A stretch of DNA of 64,000 nt from Oikopleura dioica (lineage: Eukaryota; Animalia; Chordata). The notes under the pieces were generated by a model. It saw nothing but the letters and a program-made list of their open reading frames with translations. It had not been told where the DNA came from and made no database searches. The first letter of the stretch is position 1. Each line of letters opens with the position of its first letter. Of the stretch, positions 63,731 through 64,000 are shown piece after piece. The stretch spans positions 5,084,001 through 5,148,000 of the forward strand of contig OU015569.1 of the NCBI GenBank assembly GCA_907165135.1, given 5' to 3'. The position numbers were made by a program, and so were the translations under genes.

Positions 63731-64000
63731 TTAAGGATTTGGTTTGTACGGAGCACTTGGGTTCGAGTTGAAACCTTCGAGTTGAGTAGCGTTGATGTTT
63801 TCCCACTGCCATTGAAAGGCTGGATCGCCAACTTGCGAGCAGGGCATCATCAAAAGTTTGGAGGCGTCAACAGTCGCGCACTTTTTCGAGGAAGGATGGA
63901 CGAGTTGTTTGTCCATGTACTTCCACAGCTGGTTTCCGTGCTGATTGTGACAGTCCCAAGTCAGGATGCTCTTGCTTCGGTAACTTGCGTCTAGACAGAT
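63731..64000 (-). CDS. C-terminal ricin-type lectin domain of a GalNAc-transferase, GALNT10/GALNTL6-like (truncated by window edge)
   Basis: CLDASY..LTWDCHNQHGNQLWKY..LVHPSSKKC..LMMPC..QWQWENINATQLEGFN resembles the GALNT10 C-terminus (recalled). Confidence 0.75.
   Translation of the reverse strand: MCLDASYRSKSILTWDCHNQHGNQLWKYMDKQLVHPSSKKCATVDASKLLMMPCSQVGDPAFQWQWENINATQLEGFNSNPSAPYKPNP

Overview
Compact, intron-rich eukaryotic (chordate) DNA, most consistent with the larvacean tunicate Oikopleura dioica or a close relative. This assignment is inferred from many 36-50 bp introns, several apparent GA-AG/GG-AG introns, very short intergenic gaps with splice acceptors just upstream of ATGs, and TTAGGG-type repeats. 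Gene models were built by hand by joining exons, and identities rest on motif recognition from memory, not database searches. Left to right: 3' part of cyclin E; a TTAA-flanked MITE; tRNA-Arg(UCG); a ZC3H4/6-like CCCH gene; TMEM26; a beta-tubulin; two tandem Ig-superfamily receptors; a ~4.8 kb gene-poor stretch; a P/Q-rich orphan; a five-repeat beta-thymosin with a predicted myristoylation motif; a 4-TM orphan; a CAP-Gly gene; a secreted acidic EGF-repeat protein; a CUB-TM protein; serine dehydratase; a Cys-rich secreted protein; and an RGS-like gene. The window ends in a 16 kb co-directional minus-strand cluster (GALNT10-like, FUNDC, SENP8, BLOC1S2, SCAPER, NAA50, RXR, DCTN6, GCC2) that looks like a trans-spliced operon, with a 717 bp foldback element in one SCAPER intron. 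The most notable observations are the RXR with a degenerate ligand pocket and AF-2, the membrane-anchorable multi-repeat thymosin, an intron made of telomeric repeats, an Asn in place of the catalytic Asp in SENP8, and a Q198 beta-tubulin.
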